Below, piece by piece: positions 7,542 to 15,809 of a stretch of 15,809 nt of DNA (position 1 is the stretch's first letter; every line of letters begins with the position of its first letter). Position numbers and translations under genes: made by a program. The notes beneath the pieces were generated by a model. It was given only the letters and a program-made list of their open reading frames with translations, did no database searches and was not told the origin of the DNA. The DNA is taken from the NCBI GenBank assembly GCA_042216675.1, contig JBDGTS010000035.1, positions 1 through 15,809 on the forward strand, written 5' to 3'. Source of the DNA: Halobacteriaceae archaeon (GTDB lineage: Archaea > Halobacteriota > Halobacteria > Halobacteriales > Halobacteriaceae).

Positions 7542-8039
7542 ATGGGACTCATCCAGTCGATAAAGTCGCTGCTCGGCCTCGAATCCGAGCAACGCGGCCG
7601 CGAGGAAGTCAGCGTCACCGTCGAACGGGAACCCGAGGACGAGGAGACGGCAGAGGTGGACGGGCACGAGGTAGAAGCCGAGCCACAGGCCAAAGTCGAG
7701 ACCGAACACGAGGAAGCGGAGGGCGACGAGGAGGAAGAGACGGCGGAAGTCGACGGCCACGAGGTCGAGGCCGAACCGCAGGCGGAGGACGAAACCGAAT
7801 CCGAGGAGGCGGAGGAAACCGAGGAACCGGCCAGCGACGCCGCCGAAAGCACGGCCGCGGAGTCCGTCGAGACCATCAAGGGTATCGGCCCGGCCTACGG
7901 CGAGCGACTCGCCGAGGCGGGCGTCGAGACGGTCGGTGACCTCGCCGCCGCCGACGCCGACGAACTCGCCGACGAGACGGACGTCGCGGCGTCCCGAATC
8001 AGCGAGTGGGTGGAGCGCGCGGACGCCCGACTCCGGTAG
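7542..8039 (+). CDS. Helix-hairpin-helix domain protein with long acidic linker
   Basis: 165 aa. C-terminal [26 protein letters not shown] (HhH, GIG hairpin), Glu-rich low-complexity middle and N-terminal [12 protein letters not shown]. Confidence 0.88.
   Translation: MGLIQSIKSLLGLESEQRGREEVSVTVEREPEDEETAEVDGHEVEAEPQAKVETEHEEAEGDEEEETAEVDGHEVEAEPQAEDETESEEAEETEEPASDAAESTAAESVETIKGIGPAYGERLAEAGVETVGDLAAADADELADETDVAASRISEWVERADARLR
7641..7784 (+). repeat. Intragenic repeat, 2 x 51 nt ([17 protein letters not shown]), 93-nt period
   Basis: Copies at 7641-7691 and 7734-7784; 17/17 aa identical with 10 synonymous third-position differences. Confidence 0.9.
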
Positions 8040-8079
8040 AACCGGCACCCCTTTTGTGCGGCGCCCCGTCCCCGGAGAC

Positions 8080-9537
8080 ATGACTGACGTGCGGCCAGTC
8101 ACCACCGAAGCCGCGTTCCGGACCCGCGCGGCCCACGGCCCGCCGGGCGCCCGCGTGCCGGTGGTGGCTCGTCTCGCCGTCGCCGACCCCTTCGACGCCT
8201 ACTGCCGCGCACGCGGCGACGCGCCCGCCGTCTACTACGAGACGACGGGCGGACAGCCCGGATGGGGGTACTTCGGCGTCGACCCGTCGGATTTCGCGAC
8301 GGTCGGGCCGGATGACGGCCCCGCTCTCGCCGCCCTCGACGCGGCCCTCGCCGACGAGTCGCTGGTCCGGGGCGACTGCCCGGTGCCGTATCCGGGTGGC
8401 CTGTTCGGGTGGCTCTCCTACGACGCCGCGCGGGACCTCGAAGCCCTCCCCGAGAGCGCCGCCGCCGACCGGGCGATGCCCCGGCTTCAGGTCGGCACGT
8501 ACCCCGTCGTCGCCGCGTGGCGCGAACCCCACGCCGGCGAACCCCTCTTTCTCGTCGCGGCGCCGCGCGTCACCGACCCCGCGGCCGACTACGACCGCGC
8601 GCTGTCGATGCTCGCCGACCTCGCAGCCCGAATCCGGGACGGTGACCCCGACGTGGGTGACGCGCCCGCCGCGCCCGACGCGGCCACCTTCGAGAGCGAC
8701 TGCGGCCGCGAGGCGTTCGCGGACCGCGTTCGGACGGTCAAAGAGCGCATCCGCGACGGCGACACCTTCCAGACGAACGTCTCCCAGCGGCTCCGCGCGC
8801 CCGCGGCGGTCCACCCCGTCGAGGCGTACGCCGCGCTCCGCCGGGTGAACCCCGCGCCCTACGCCGGCCTCGTGGAGTTTCCGGACGTGGACCTCGTGAG
8901 CGCCAGCCCCGAACTCCTCCTGCGGCGCACCGGCGACAGGGTGGAGACGGAGCCAATCGCCGGGACGCGCCCACGCGGCGCCACGCCCGCCGAGGACGAA
9001 GCGTTCGAGGCGGACCTGCTGTCCGACGAGAAAGAGCGGGCCGAACACGCGATGCTGGTCGACCTCGAACGCAACGACCTCGGGGAGGTGTGCGCCTACG
9101 GCACCGTCTCGGTCCCCGAGTACCGCCGCGTGGACCGCTACAGCGAGGTGATGCACCTCGTCTCCCGCGTCGAGGGGCGCCTCCGGCCCGACGTGTCGCT
9201 GACGGACGCCATCGCGGCCGTCTTCCCCGGCGGGACCATCACCGGCGCGCCCAAGCCGTCGACGATGGCCATCATCGACGAGGTGGAGGCCACGCGGCGC
9301 GGCCCATACACCGGGTCGATGTTCGCCGTGGGCTTCGACGGCGACGCGACGCTCAACATCGTCATCCGGACGCTGGTGCGCCACCGCGAGGAGTACCACC
9401 TCCGGGTCGGCGCGGGCGTCGTCCACGACTCGGTGCCCGACAGGGAGTACGACGAGACGCTGGACAAGGCCCGCGCTCTCGTCACGGCCGTCGACGAGGC
9501 CCTCGGCGCGACGGCGGACATGGAGGTGCGACGGTGA
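8080..9537 (+). CDS. pabB: Aminodeoxychorismate synthase component I (chorismate-binding, PabB/TrpE family)
   Basis: Motifs [57 protein letters not shown] and GAGVVHDS. The ATG at 8080 is preferred because the track's start overlaps the upstream gene. Clustering with GATase and class IV aminotransferase genes favours pab over trp. Confidence 0.85.
   Translation: MTDVRPVTTEAAFRTRAAHGPPGARVPVVARLAVADPFDAYCRARGDAPAVYYETTGGQPGWGYFGVDPSDFATVGPDDGPALAALDAALADESLVRGDCPVPYPGGLFGWLSYDAARDLEALPESAAADRAMPRLQVGTYPVVAAWREPHAGEPLFLVAAPRVTDPAADYDRALSMLADLAARIRDGDPDVGDAPAAPDAATFESDCGREAFADRVRTVKERIRDGDTFQTNVSQRLRAPAAVHPVEAYAALRRVNPAPYAGLVEFPDVDLVSASPELLLRRTGDRVETEPIAGTRPRGATPAEDEAFEADLLSDEKERAEHAMLVDLERNDLGEVCAYGTVSVPEYRRVDRYSEVMHLVSRVEGRLRPDVSLTDAIAAVFPGGTITGAPKPSTMAIIDEVEATRRGPYTGSMFAVGFDGDATLNIVIRTLVRHREEYHLRVGAGVVHDSVPDREYDETLDKARALVTAVDEALGATADMEVRR
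9522..9528 (+). promoter_or_regulatory. Shine-Dalgarno-like motif for pabA (translational coupling)
   Basis: GGAGGTG lies 5 nt before the GTG at 9534, which overlaps the pabB stop (GTGA). Confidence 0.65.
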
Positions 9538-10148
9538 CGGTCCTCGTCGTCGACAACTACGACTCGTTCGTCTACAACCTCGTCCAGTACGCCGGCGAAC
9601 TCGCCGACGACGTGGTGGTCCGCCGCAACGACGCCATCGACCGGGCGGGCGTCGCGGCGATGGACCCCGCCGCCGTCATCGTCTCGCCGGGGCCGGGGAC
9701 GCCACACGAGGCGGGCGTCTCGATGGACGTGTTCCGCACCGACTACCCGGCGCTCGGCGTCTGTCTCGGCCATCAGGCGCTCTGTGCGGTCAACGGCGCC
9801 CCGGTCGGCCACGCCGACGAGGTGGTCCACGGCAAGCCGTCGACGGTGCGCCACGACGGCGAGGGCGTCTTCGCGGGCCTTCCGGACCGGTTTCAGGTGG
9901 GGCGCTACCACTCGCTGGCCGTGGACCGGGCCGACATCCCCGATTCGCTGGTGGAGACGGCGCGCACCGACGACGAGCGAGCGGTGGTGATGGCGGTGCG
10001 CCACCGCGAGAAGCCCCACGCCGGCGTGCAGTTCCACCCCGAGAGCATCCTGACCGGGCGCCCCGAGGACCCCCGGCGCCTCGAACTGGGCAAGCGACTG
10101 CTCGCGAACTTTCTTGAGGGTGCAGGGGTGCCATGCAGTACCACGTGA
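9534..10148 (+). CDS. pabA: Aminodeoxychorismate/anthranilate synthase component II (class I glutamine amidotransferase)
   Basis: Motifs [24 protein letters not shown] (catalytic Cys), RYHSL and QFHPES. True start is the GTG at 9534 (4-nt GTGA overlap with pabB). Confidence 0.9.
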   Translation: MTVLVVDNYDSFVYNLVQYAGELADDVVVRRNDAIDRAGVAAMDPAAVIVSPGPGTPHEAGVSMDVFRTDYPALGVCLGHQALCAVNGAPVGHADEVVHGKPSTVRHDGEGVFAGLPDRFQVGRYHSLAVDRADIPDSLVETARTDDERAVVMAVRHREKPHAGVQFHPESILTGRPEDPRRLELGKRLLANFLEGAGVPCSTT

Positions 10149-10981
10149 ACGGCCGCCTCGTTTCCGCCGACGAGGCGACGGTCTCTGTGCGCGACAGGGG
10201 CTTTCAGTACGGCGACGCCGCCTTCGAGACGCTCCGAGCGTACGGCGGGTCGGTGTTCGAGTGGGACGCGCACCTCGACAGACTGCGGGCCACCTGCGAA
10301 GCGCTGGAAATGCCCGACGCCGCGCCCGACGACTGCCGCGAACGGGTGGGCGAGACGCTCGCCGCGAACGGCTTAGCGGACGCCTACGTCCGCCTCTCGG
10401 TGACGCGGGGGGTTCAGCCCGGCAAACTCACGCCCGACGCCGACGTGGACCCGTCCGTCGTCGTCATCGTCACGCCCCTCCCGCGGGGCGGCGCCGACGG
10501 CGAACCGGTCTGGGACGGCCCCGCCACGGTCGCGACGACCGACGTTCAGCGAGTCCCCGACGCGGCGATTCCGGCGCGTGCGAAGACACACAACTACCTG
10601 AACGGTATCCTCGCGCGCCTCGACGCCGACGCGGACGAGGCCCTCCTGTGTGACGCCGACGGTCACGTCGCGGAGGGCGCGACGAGCAACGTCTTTTTCG
10701 TCCGGGACGGGACGCTCCACACGCCGGCCCTCGACGGTCCCGTGTTGCCCGGCGTGACGCGCGCCGTCGTCGTCGAACTGGCGCGTGAGGAGGCGATCCC
10801 CGTCGAGACGGGCACCTACGACCCGAGCGACGTGCGCGACGCGGACGAGGCCTTTCTGACGAACACGACGTGGGAACTCCGTCCCGTCGCGGTCCTCGAC
10901 GGGACGCCGGTGGGCGGCGGCCCGGTCACCGACCGCCTCGCCGCCGCGTTCGACGAACTGGTCGAGCGCCGTCACTACTGA
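10133..10981 (+). CDS. pabC: Class IV PLP enzyme, probable 4-amino-4-deoxychorismate lyase
   Basis: Motifs DRGFQYGDAAFETLR, HLDRL, AKTHNY (PLP Lys), EGATSNVF, LPGVTR and EAFLTNT. Overlaps the pabA end by 16 nt. Confidence 0.82.
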   Translation: MQYHVNGRLVSADEATVSVRDRGFQYGDAAFETLRAYGGSVFEWDAHLDRLRATCEALEMPDAAPDDCRERVGETLAANGLADAYVRLSVTRGVQPGKLTPDADVDPSVVVIVTPLPRGGADGEPVWDGPATVATTDVQRVPDAAIPARAKTHNYLNGILARLDADADEALLCDADGHVAEGATSNVFFVRDGTLHTPALDGPVLPGVTRAVVVELAREEAIPVETGTYDPSDVRDADEAFLTNTTWELRPVAVLDGTPVGGGPVTDRLAAAFDELVERRHY

Positions 10982-11018
10982 CCGATACGCCGAAGGTCCT
11001 CCGGGCGATACGCCGCCC

Positions 11019-11438
11019 ATGGATTCGGACCGACGAATTGCCGACGTCGACGAGGTGCCCGGCGACGGCTCGCTCATCTTCCGGGTGCGCGACGGCCGCG
11101 ACGACCTGAAAGAAGCAATTCTCGTCCGCCTCGGCGACGGGACGGTGACGGGGTGGCTCAACGAGTGCCAGCACTTCACGCACATTCCACTCGACAAGGG
11201 CTCCGGCGTCCCGCGTCGCGACGGCGAACTGGTCTGTGCGAACCACGGCGCACTCTTCGAGGCCGACACCGGCGAGTGCACGTACGGCCCCTGTGAGGGT
11301 GCGATGCTCCGCGACGTGGGCGTCGCCGTCGTCGACGGTGGCGTCTATCTCGCCGACGGGGACTTCGACTTCGTCGGCGTCGGGCCGGCGGAGTCCGACC
11401 CGGTCGACCTCACCTCCACCTCGAACGTGAAGTTCTAG
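11019..11438 (+). CDS. Stand-alone Rieske [2Fe-2S] ferredoxin-like protein
   Basis: C-x-H (NECQH) and C-x-x-H (CANHGALF) ligand boxes followed by GECTYGPC; no TM or signal segment. Confidence 0.9.
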   Translation: MDSDRRIADVDEVPGDGSLIFRVRDGRDDLKEAILVRLGDGTVTGWLNECQHFTHIPLDKGSGVPRRDGELVCANHGALFEADTGECTYGPCEGAMLRDVGVAVVDGGVYLADGDFDFVGVGPAESDPVDLTSTSNVKF

Positions 11439-11725
11439 TCGATGCGGAAGGCGGGGTCGGCCACCCGCTCGGACTTGCACTCCGGACACCGCGACGGCCG
11501 GTTCAGCGGGTCGTCGAAGTCGTCGAAGCCACAGTCCCGACATCGGGGCGGGCGAACGAGCAGTTTCTCGTCGGCGTCCGACAGCGACCGAGCGACGTGT
11601 CCCACGTGGTCCAGCGCCACTGACGGCGTCACGTCGAACTGCTCGGCGAGTTCGCGGGGCGTCATCGCCTCGGCCCGCAGGGCTTTGCGCATCCGCTCGC
11701 GGGTCGTCTCCTCGGCCTCTCGCAT
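11435..11725 (-). CDS. Archaeal HTH + Zn-ribbon predicted transcriptional regulator
   Basis: 96 aa from ATG 11725. HTH (MTPRELAEQFDVTPSVALDHVGHV), then CRDCGF and RPSRCPECKSE. Its stop overlaps the Rieske stop at CTAG. Confidence 0.88.
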   Translation of the reverse strand: MREAEETTRERMRKALRAEAMTPRELAEQFDVTPSVALDHVGHVARSLSDADEKLLVRPPRCRDCGFDDFDDPLNRPSRCPECKSERVADPAFRID

Positions 11726-11783
11726 GCCCGTGCCTACTTTGGGAATGAAAAAGGCCTTACCGGTCCCGAGAGACCGTCGGTAC
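11726..11783. promoter_or_regulatory. Compact divergent promoter region
   Basis: 58 nt between head-to-head ATGs, with one central AT-rich patch (AATGAAAAAGGCCTTA) that includes the palindrome AAGGCCTT at 11751-11758. Confidence 0.5.
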
Positions 11784-12749
11784 ATGAAAGCCGTCGTCCT
11801 CGCCGGGGGCTACGCGACGCGCCTGTGGCCCATCACGAAGAACCGACCGAAGATGTTCCTGCCCATCGGGGACACCGTGATGATCGACCACGTCTTCGAC
11901 GCGCTCGAAGACGACGACCGAATCTCGGAGGTGTACGTCTCGACGAACGAGCGATTCGCCGACGACTTCCGGGAGCATCTCGCGGAGCGACCGTACGAGA
12001 AGCCCACCCTCACCGTCGAGGAGACGACGGCGGAGGACGAGAAACTCGGCGTCGTCGGCGCCCTCGCCCAACTGGTCGAACGGGAGGGCGTCGAGGAGGA
12101 CACCCTCGTCATCGCCGGCGACAACGTCATCAGCTTCGCCATCAGCGACTTCCTCGACTTCTTCGAGGCGCAGGGCACCCCCGCCCTCGCCGCGTACGAC
12201 GTGGGTTCCCCCGAGAAGACGACGGCGTACAGCGTCGTCGAACTCGACGGGGACAGGGTCGTGGACTTCGAGGAGAAGCCAGACGACCCCCAGAGCAGCC
12301 TCATCTCCATCGCCTGCTACGCCTTCACCGCCGACACGCTCCCGATGCTCTCGGAGTACCTCGCGGGCGGCAACAACCCCGACGAGCCGGGCTGGTTCAT
12401 GCAGTGGCTCCAGAACCGCGAGACGGTCCACGCCTACTCCTTCGACGGCGCGTGGTTCGACATCGGAACCCCCCAGTCCTACCTCGACGCCGTCGCGTGG
12501 GAACTCGACGGCGAGGCCCTCGTCGACGACGACGCCACCCTCGACAACACGACTGTCGGCGACAACGTCCACGTGATGGACGGCGCCGAACTCCGCAACA
12601 GCAGCGTGGACCACTCAGTCGTCTTCCCCGAGGCGACGGTTCGGGACTGCGACGTGCGCGACTCCATCGTGGACGAGGACACGCACCTCGAAAACATCGA
12701 CTTCTCCGGCGCCGTCGTCGGCGCCCACACCCACATCGACGGCTCCTAA
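11784..12749 (+). CDS. Sugar-phosphate nucleotidyltransferase (NDP-sugar synthase) with C-terminal left-handed beta-helix-like repeats
   Basis: True start MKAVVLAGGYATRLWPITKNRPK at 11784. Motifs GDN, FEEKP and WFDIGTP; hexapeptide-like C-terminus. Sugar specificity cannot be determined from sequence. Confidence 0.92.
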   Translation: MKAVVLAGGYATRLWPITKNRPKMFLPIGDTVMIDHVFDALEDDDRISEVYVSTNERFADDFREHLAERPYEKPTLTVEETTAEDEKLGVVGALAQLVEREGVEEDTLVIAGDNVISFAISDFLDFFEAQGTPALAAYDVGSPEKTTAYSVVELDGDRVVDFEEKPDDPQSSLISIACYAFTADTLPMLSEYLAGGNNPDEPGWFMQWLQNRETVHAYSFDGAWFDIGTPQSYLDAVAWELDGEALVDDDATLDNTTVGDNVHVMDGAELRNSSVDHSVVFPEATVRDCDVRDSIVDEDTHLENIDFSGAVVGAHTHIDGS

Positions 12750-13441
12750 ACGAGGCGCGCGTCCGTCACGCGGACGTGGCCGCGGGTCCCCTCCCACACC
12801 GTCTCGTAGGAGAGGTCGATGGCCCGGTCCATGTGCGGCCCGTCGGTCACGATGGTCTCGAACTCGCCGCCCTCCCCCAGCACGTGGACCCCGTACTCCT
12901 CGTTCAGGGCGCGGAGGTCAGCGAGTGCCGCCCGGTCGAAGGTTCGGCCGAGCCACGACTCGTCGAGGCCGTAGGCCGCCACCTGCACGATTTGAATCTC
13001 GAAGCCGGCGTCGAGCATTTGCTCGGCCAGCGACTCGGGGTCCTCGCCGTACAGCGGCGAGTACAGGTCCGCACCCAGTCGCTCGCACATCCCCGCGATG
13101 CGGTCCGTCTGGTAGGCGCTCTCGACGGCGCCCGCGACGACGCCCGACACGTCGCCGAGGTCCGTCAGCGCGTCCTCCAGCGGTTCGAGTTCGGCGTCAC
13201 CCTGCGCGCTCGAATCCGTCGCCTCGGGCGCGCCCAAGTCGTCAGGCGCGATTTCCAGCAGGGGGATGTCGAGACTCTCGGCGGCCAGTTCCGCGAGGTG
13301 CGTCGCCGGCACGTGGTACATGTACGACTCCTCGCTGGGATGGACCGTGACGAGACGGGACACGTCGCGGCCGGTTTCGAGCGCCCGGTAGAGCGCCCAC
13401 GAGGAGTCCTTGCCGCCGGAGAACAGACTGACCCACGTCAT
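12746..13441 (-). CDS. dph6: Diphthine--ammonia ligase
   Basis: PP-loop SLFSGGKDS plus SYMYH, GAVESAYQ and GEGGEFET. Start at ATG 13441. Its stop overlaps the convergent nucleotidyltransferase stop. Confidence 0.93.
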   Translation of the reverse strand: MTWVSLFSGGKDSSWALYRALETGRDVSRLVTVHPSEESYMYHVPATHLAELAAESLDIPLLEIAPDDLGAPEATDSSAQGDAELEPLEDALTDLGDVSGVVAGAVESAYQTDRIAGMCERLGADLYSPLYGEDPESLAEQMLDAGFEIQIVQVAAYGLDESWLGRTFDRAALADLRALNEEYGVHVLGEGGEFETIVTDGPHMDRAIDLSYETVWEGTRGHVRVTDARLV

Positions 13442-13481
13442 CTGTCCGCCCGGAGGCGAGCGAGACACATAGGCCACTCGG

Positions 13482-14615
13482 TCACTCCGCGAGTTCCTCG
13501 GGTTCCTCGATCTCCGTGCCGCCGAAGGCGCTCGCCACCCGGATGCCGACGAGGCTGACGGCGAAGCCGGTGATGACGAACGCGGCCAACCGCTGCTCCG
13601 GCGTGAGCGTCAGGCCGGCAAAGGAGAGGGGGCCGGCGGTGACGGCGGGGAGGGAGAGCGGCGGCGCGTGGCCGCCGCGTTCGAGGAAGTACGCCGAGAA
13701 GCCGCGGACGACGAAGCCCACCGAGACGACGATGAACGGGAGATTGAGGTAGGAGGTCCGGAGCTGGTCGGACTGAATCGCCTCGTCCACGAGGCGGCCG
13801 GCGCTCGCCGCCAACCCTGCCAGCGCCAGCCACGGGACGCCCTCGTAGGCGAACGCCGTCACGACGACGAGCGTCGACGGGTCGGTGAGGTCCGACACCG
13901 CTAGTCCACCCGCGAACACGCCCACGAGCGCCAGCCCTGCCGCGACGACGTAGGTGACGATGGACACCTGCCCGGAGTAGAGCGCGGTGCGCACCTGCGC
14001 CGGGAGGTCCGCGAGGTGGTCGTCGACGCCGAGTCCCTTGTAGAGCAAGAAGAGCCCGATGACGGCCGTCATCGCCGCCGCGGCCGTCGCGAGGCTCGCG
14101 AGCGCCATCAGCGCCGGGAAGACGAGGAGCACGATGCCCAACGGCACCAGCACCGTCTCCCGGAGTTCCTCGTCGGCGAGGAACTGCTTGAGGAGGTAGT
14201 AGGTGGATTCGAGGTCACGGGCCTGCCGGACGACGACCCTGTCCACGCCGTCGACGGGGACCCGGCTCTCGATGACCGGGACCAACCGTTCGTCCTCGGC
14301 GCTGTCGATGACGACGACCACCGAGTCGGGGTCGTGGGTCGCCAACAGGTCGTCTACCTGCGTCGCGACGGCCCGGTCGGCGCTCACGACGTTCTCGGAG
14401 GCACCGGAGACGACAGCGACGCCCGTCTCGCCGTCGAGGTCGTCGGCGACCCGGAGGCTCTCCAACAGCGCGTTCACGGCGCTGTCCTCGGGGTCTGCGA
14501 CGCCCAAGTCGACGACGAGCGACTCGACAGCCTCCCGTCCGGAGAGTGGCACGTCGGCGCCCGTCTTCGCGGGGACGTCGCCCGTCCGGTCGACGCAGAC
14601 GACGAGCGTTTGCAC
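13482..14615 (-). CDS. DUF373 family archaeal membrane protein
   Basis: Probable GTG start (TLVVCVDR). Motifs DPEDS, IDSAEDE, PVIESR and VVVRQARDLESTYY, then several TM helices. TTTTTG lies about 27-32 nt upstream. Confidence 0.85.
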   Translation of the reverse strand: MQTLVVCVDRTGDVPAKTGADVPLSGREAVESLVVDLGVADPEDSAVNALLESLRVADDLDGETGVAVVSGASENVVSADRAVATQVDDLLATHDPDSVVVVIDSAEDERLVPVIESRVPVDGVDRVVVRQARDLESTYYLLKQFLADEELRETVLVPLGIVLLVFPALMALASLATAAAAMTAVIGLFLLYKGLGVDDHLADLPAQVRTALYSGQVSIVTYVVAAGLALVGVFAGGLAVSDLTDPSTLVVVTAFAYEGVPWLALAGLAASAGRLVDEAIQSDQLRTSYLNLPFIVVSVGFVVRGFSAYFLERGGHAPPLSLPAVTAGPLSFAGLTLTPEQRLAAFVITGFAVSLVGIRVASAFGGTEIEEPEELAE

Positions 14616-14670
14616 GTGTGCGACGGTAGGGCGCCGCTCACCAAAAACCCAACTCTTGACGCGAACGCCG

Positions 14671-15669
14671 TCAGCGGAAGCGGAACCGCTCGCCGTCGAG
14701 GCCCCGCGACGCGCCGGCGGCGACGCCGGCCGCGACTGCCGCCGCAGTCCGGCCGAGGCGCGCGGAGAGGGGGCGTTCGGGTTCGAAGGCCTCGACGCTC
14801 GCCGCTTCCTCGATGCGGGCCTCAACCTCGTCGAGTGCGTCGTCGCGAGTGCCTACCTCGTCCACGAGGTTCAGGTCGCGGGCCTCCGGGCCGAGGAATA
14901 CGCGGGCTTCCGTGTCCCGAACGGTCTCGGGGTCGATGTCGCGTCCTTCGGCCACTCGCTCCACGAAGTCCTCGTAGTAGCCGTCGACGATGCCCTGCAG
15001 GTACTCCCGTTCGGCCGCTTCGAGTTCCTTCAAGGGCGTGCCGGCGTCCTTGTATTCGCCAGCGGCGATGCGTTCGTAGGAGAGACCGAGTTTGTCTGCG
15101 AGGTCCGCGGCGTTGATGCGGGAGCCGATGACGCCGATGCTCCCGACGAGACAGCCCTCGCGGGCGACGACGTGGTCACAGCCGGCGGCGATCCAGTAGC
15201 CGCCGCTGGCACAGAGGTCCGTCGCGTAGGCGACGACCGGCCCGTCGAACGCCTCGACCGCGAGGCGGATGTCGTCGCTCGGCACGACTTCGCCGCCGGG
15301 CGTGTCGAGTTTCAACAGGAGCGCCTCGGCCGCGCTGTCATCGGCATCCTCTATCTGTTCAACGATGTCGTCGGCGTCGGCACCGACGGGGCCCGTCGGC
15401 ACCGCGCCGCCACCGGCGTCGCGGGTGATCGCTCCCTCGACGCCCACCTCGGCGACGTTGAAGTCGGGAACGAGGCTCGTCGCGGCGTTCCGGCCGATGC
15501 GCATGCCGACGATGGCGACGCCGACGACGAGGAGGACTCCGAGCAGTACTGCGAGGTCCCCATCGGGGACGTACACGAAGAGAAGCCAGCCCGCGACGAC
15601 GAACACGGCGCCGACGAGCAACGTGAGGACGGCTCTACCGATGCGCTTCGGGACGCTATCCGTGGCCAT
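14671..15669 (-). CDS. sppA: Signal peptide peptidase SppA (S49)
   Basis: Two N-terminal TM segments. Motifs DTPGG, CASGGYWIA (catalytic Ser), VGSIGV, AGEYKDAG (Lys) and FVERVAEGR. Confidence 0.93.
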   Translation of the reverse strand: MATDSVPKRIGRAVLTLLVGAVFVVAGWLLFVYVPDGDLAVLLGVLLVVGVAIVGMRIGRNAATSLVPDFNVAEVGVEGAITRDAGGGAVPTGPVGADADDIVEQIEDADDSAAEALLLKLDTPGGEVVPSDDIRLAVEAFDGPVVAYATDLCASGGYWIAAGCDHVVAREGCLVGSIGVIGSRINAADLADKLGLSYERIAAGEYKDAGTPLKELEAAEREYLQGIVDGYYEDFVERVAEGRDIDPETVRDTEARVFLGPEARDLNLVDEVGTRDDALDEVEARIEEAASVEAFEPERPLSARLGRTAAAVAAGVAAGASRGLDGERFRFR

Positions 15670-15692
15670 GCGAACGAGAGAACCGCAAACCG

Positions 15693-15700
15693 CTTAAAAG
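15693..15700 (-). promoter_or_regulatory. TATA box of sppA
   Basis: Minus strand CTTTTAAG lies 24-31 nt upstream of ATG 15669, consistent with a leaderless transcript. Confidence 0.65.
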
Positions 15701-15705
15701 TTAGA

Positions 15706-15809
15706 TCAGAGCAGGCCGGTCTTCTGGAGCTTGCGGAGGTCCTCGGTGTCCAGGGTCTCGCCCTCCTTGAAGCGCTCGTAGATCTCCTCGGCCTCTTCGC
15801 GGGCCTCCT
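15706..15809 (-). CDS. 3' end of a conserved archaeal coiled-coil protein (partial, runs off window)
   Basis: Manual translation gives ...[33 protein letters not shown], which resembles the C-terminus of the COG1340-type archaeal coiled-coil family. Confidence 0.75.
   Translation of the reverse strand, partial: EAREEAEEIYERFKEGETLDTEDLRKLQKTGLL

Noticed and set aside
7936-8079. N-terminal extensions in track ORFs (pabB from 7936, pabA from 9090, NDP-sugar synthase from 11442, regulator from 11785, dph6 from 13477, DUF373 from 14825)
   Set aside because: Longest-ORF artefacts that run into neighbouring genes or promoter regions. Family N-terminal motifs and TATA/SD spacing support the shorter starts, so these are not real fusions.
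8080-10148. Calling the pair trpE/trpG
   Set aside because: No other trp genes are adjacent and the third gene is a class IV PLP lyase-like enzyme, which fits pabB-pabA-pabC. Not fully excluded by sequence alone.
698-15697. Many long overlapping or antisense ORFs in the track (e.g. 698-1651 -, 3850-4878 -, 5282-6718 -, 7999-9426 -, 11825-13558 +, 14016-15116 +)
   Set aside because: Arg/Gly/Pro/Ser-rich shadow frames of real genes, expected from GC-rich codon bias and stop-codon scarcity; no recognisable motifs.
1-15809. CRISPR arrays, tRNA/rRNA genes, IS elements, defence systems
   Set aside because: No regularly spaced repeats, cloverleaf-compatible segments, transposase or nuclease motifs were found. 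Intergenic gaps are short and mostly explained by promoters.

Overview
GC-rich, gene-dense chromosomal region of a halophilic archaeon (Halobacteria), inferred from the acidic proteins, archaeal Spt5/SecE/Dph6/DtdA genes and TATA-like boxes about 25-30 nt upstream of apparently leaderless starts. It holds the conserved-type cluster spt5-secE-ftsZ-dtdA-Na/Ca antiporter-aroE-HhH protein-pabBAC. This is followed by genes for a Rieske protein, an HTH/Zn-ribbon regulator, an NDP-sugar synthase, dph6, DUF373, sppA and the 3' end of a coiled-coil protein. A ~1.9 kb islet separates ftsZ from secE; it carries a TauE/SafE transporter, a universal stress protein and a 50-aa ORF missing from the track, which has its own TATA box and repeated operator-like motif. 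Most notable: (i) the D-aminoacyl-tRNA deacylase has a C-terminal module that looks like the RNase Z tRNA-binding flexible arm; (ii) the small basic ORF with its promoter repeats; (iii) a 17-aa repeat in the HhH protein that is identical in protein but differs at 10 of 17 codons. No rRNA, tRNA, CRISPR or transposase was seen. All family assignments come from motif recognition by eye, not from database searches.
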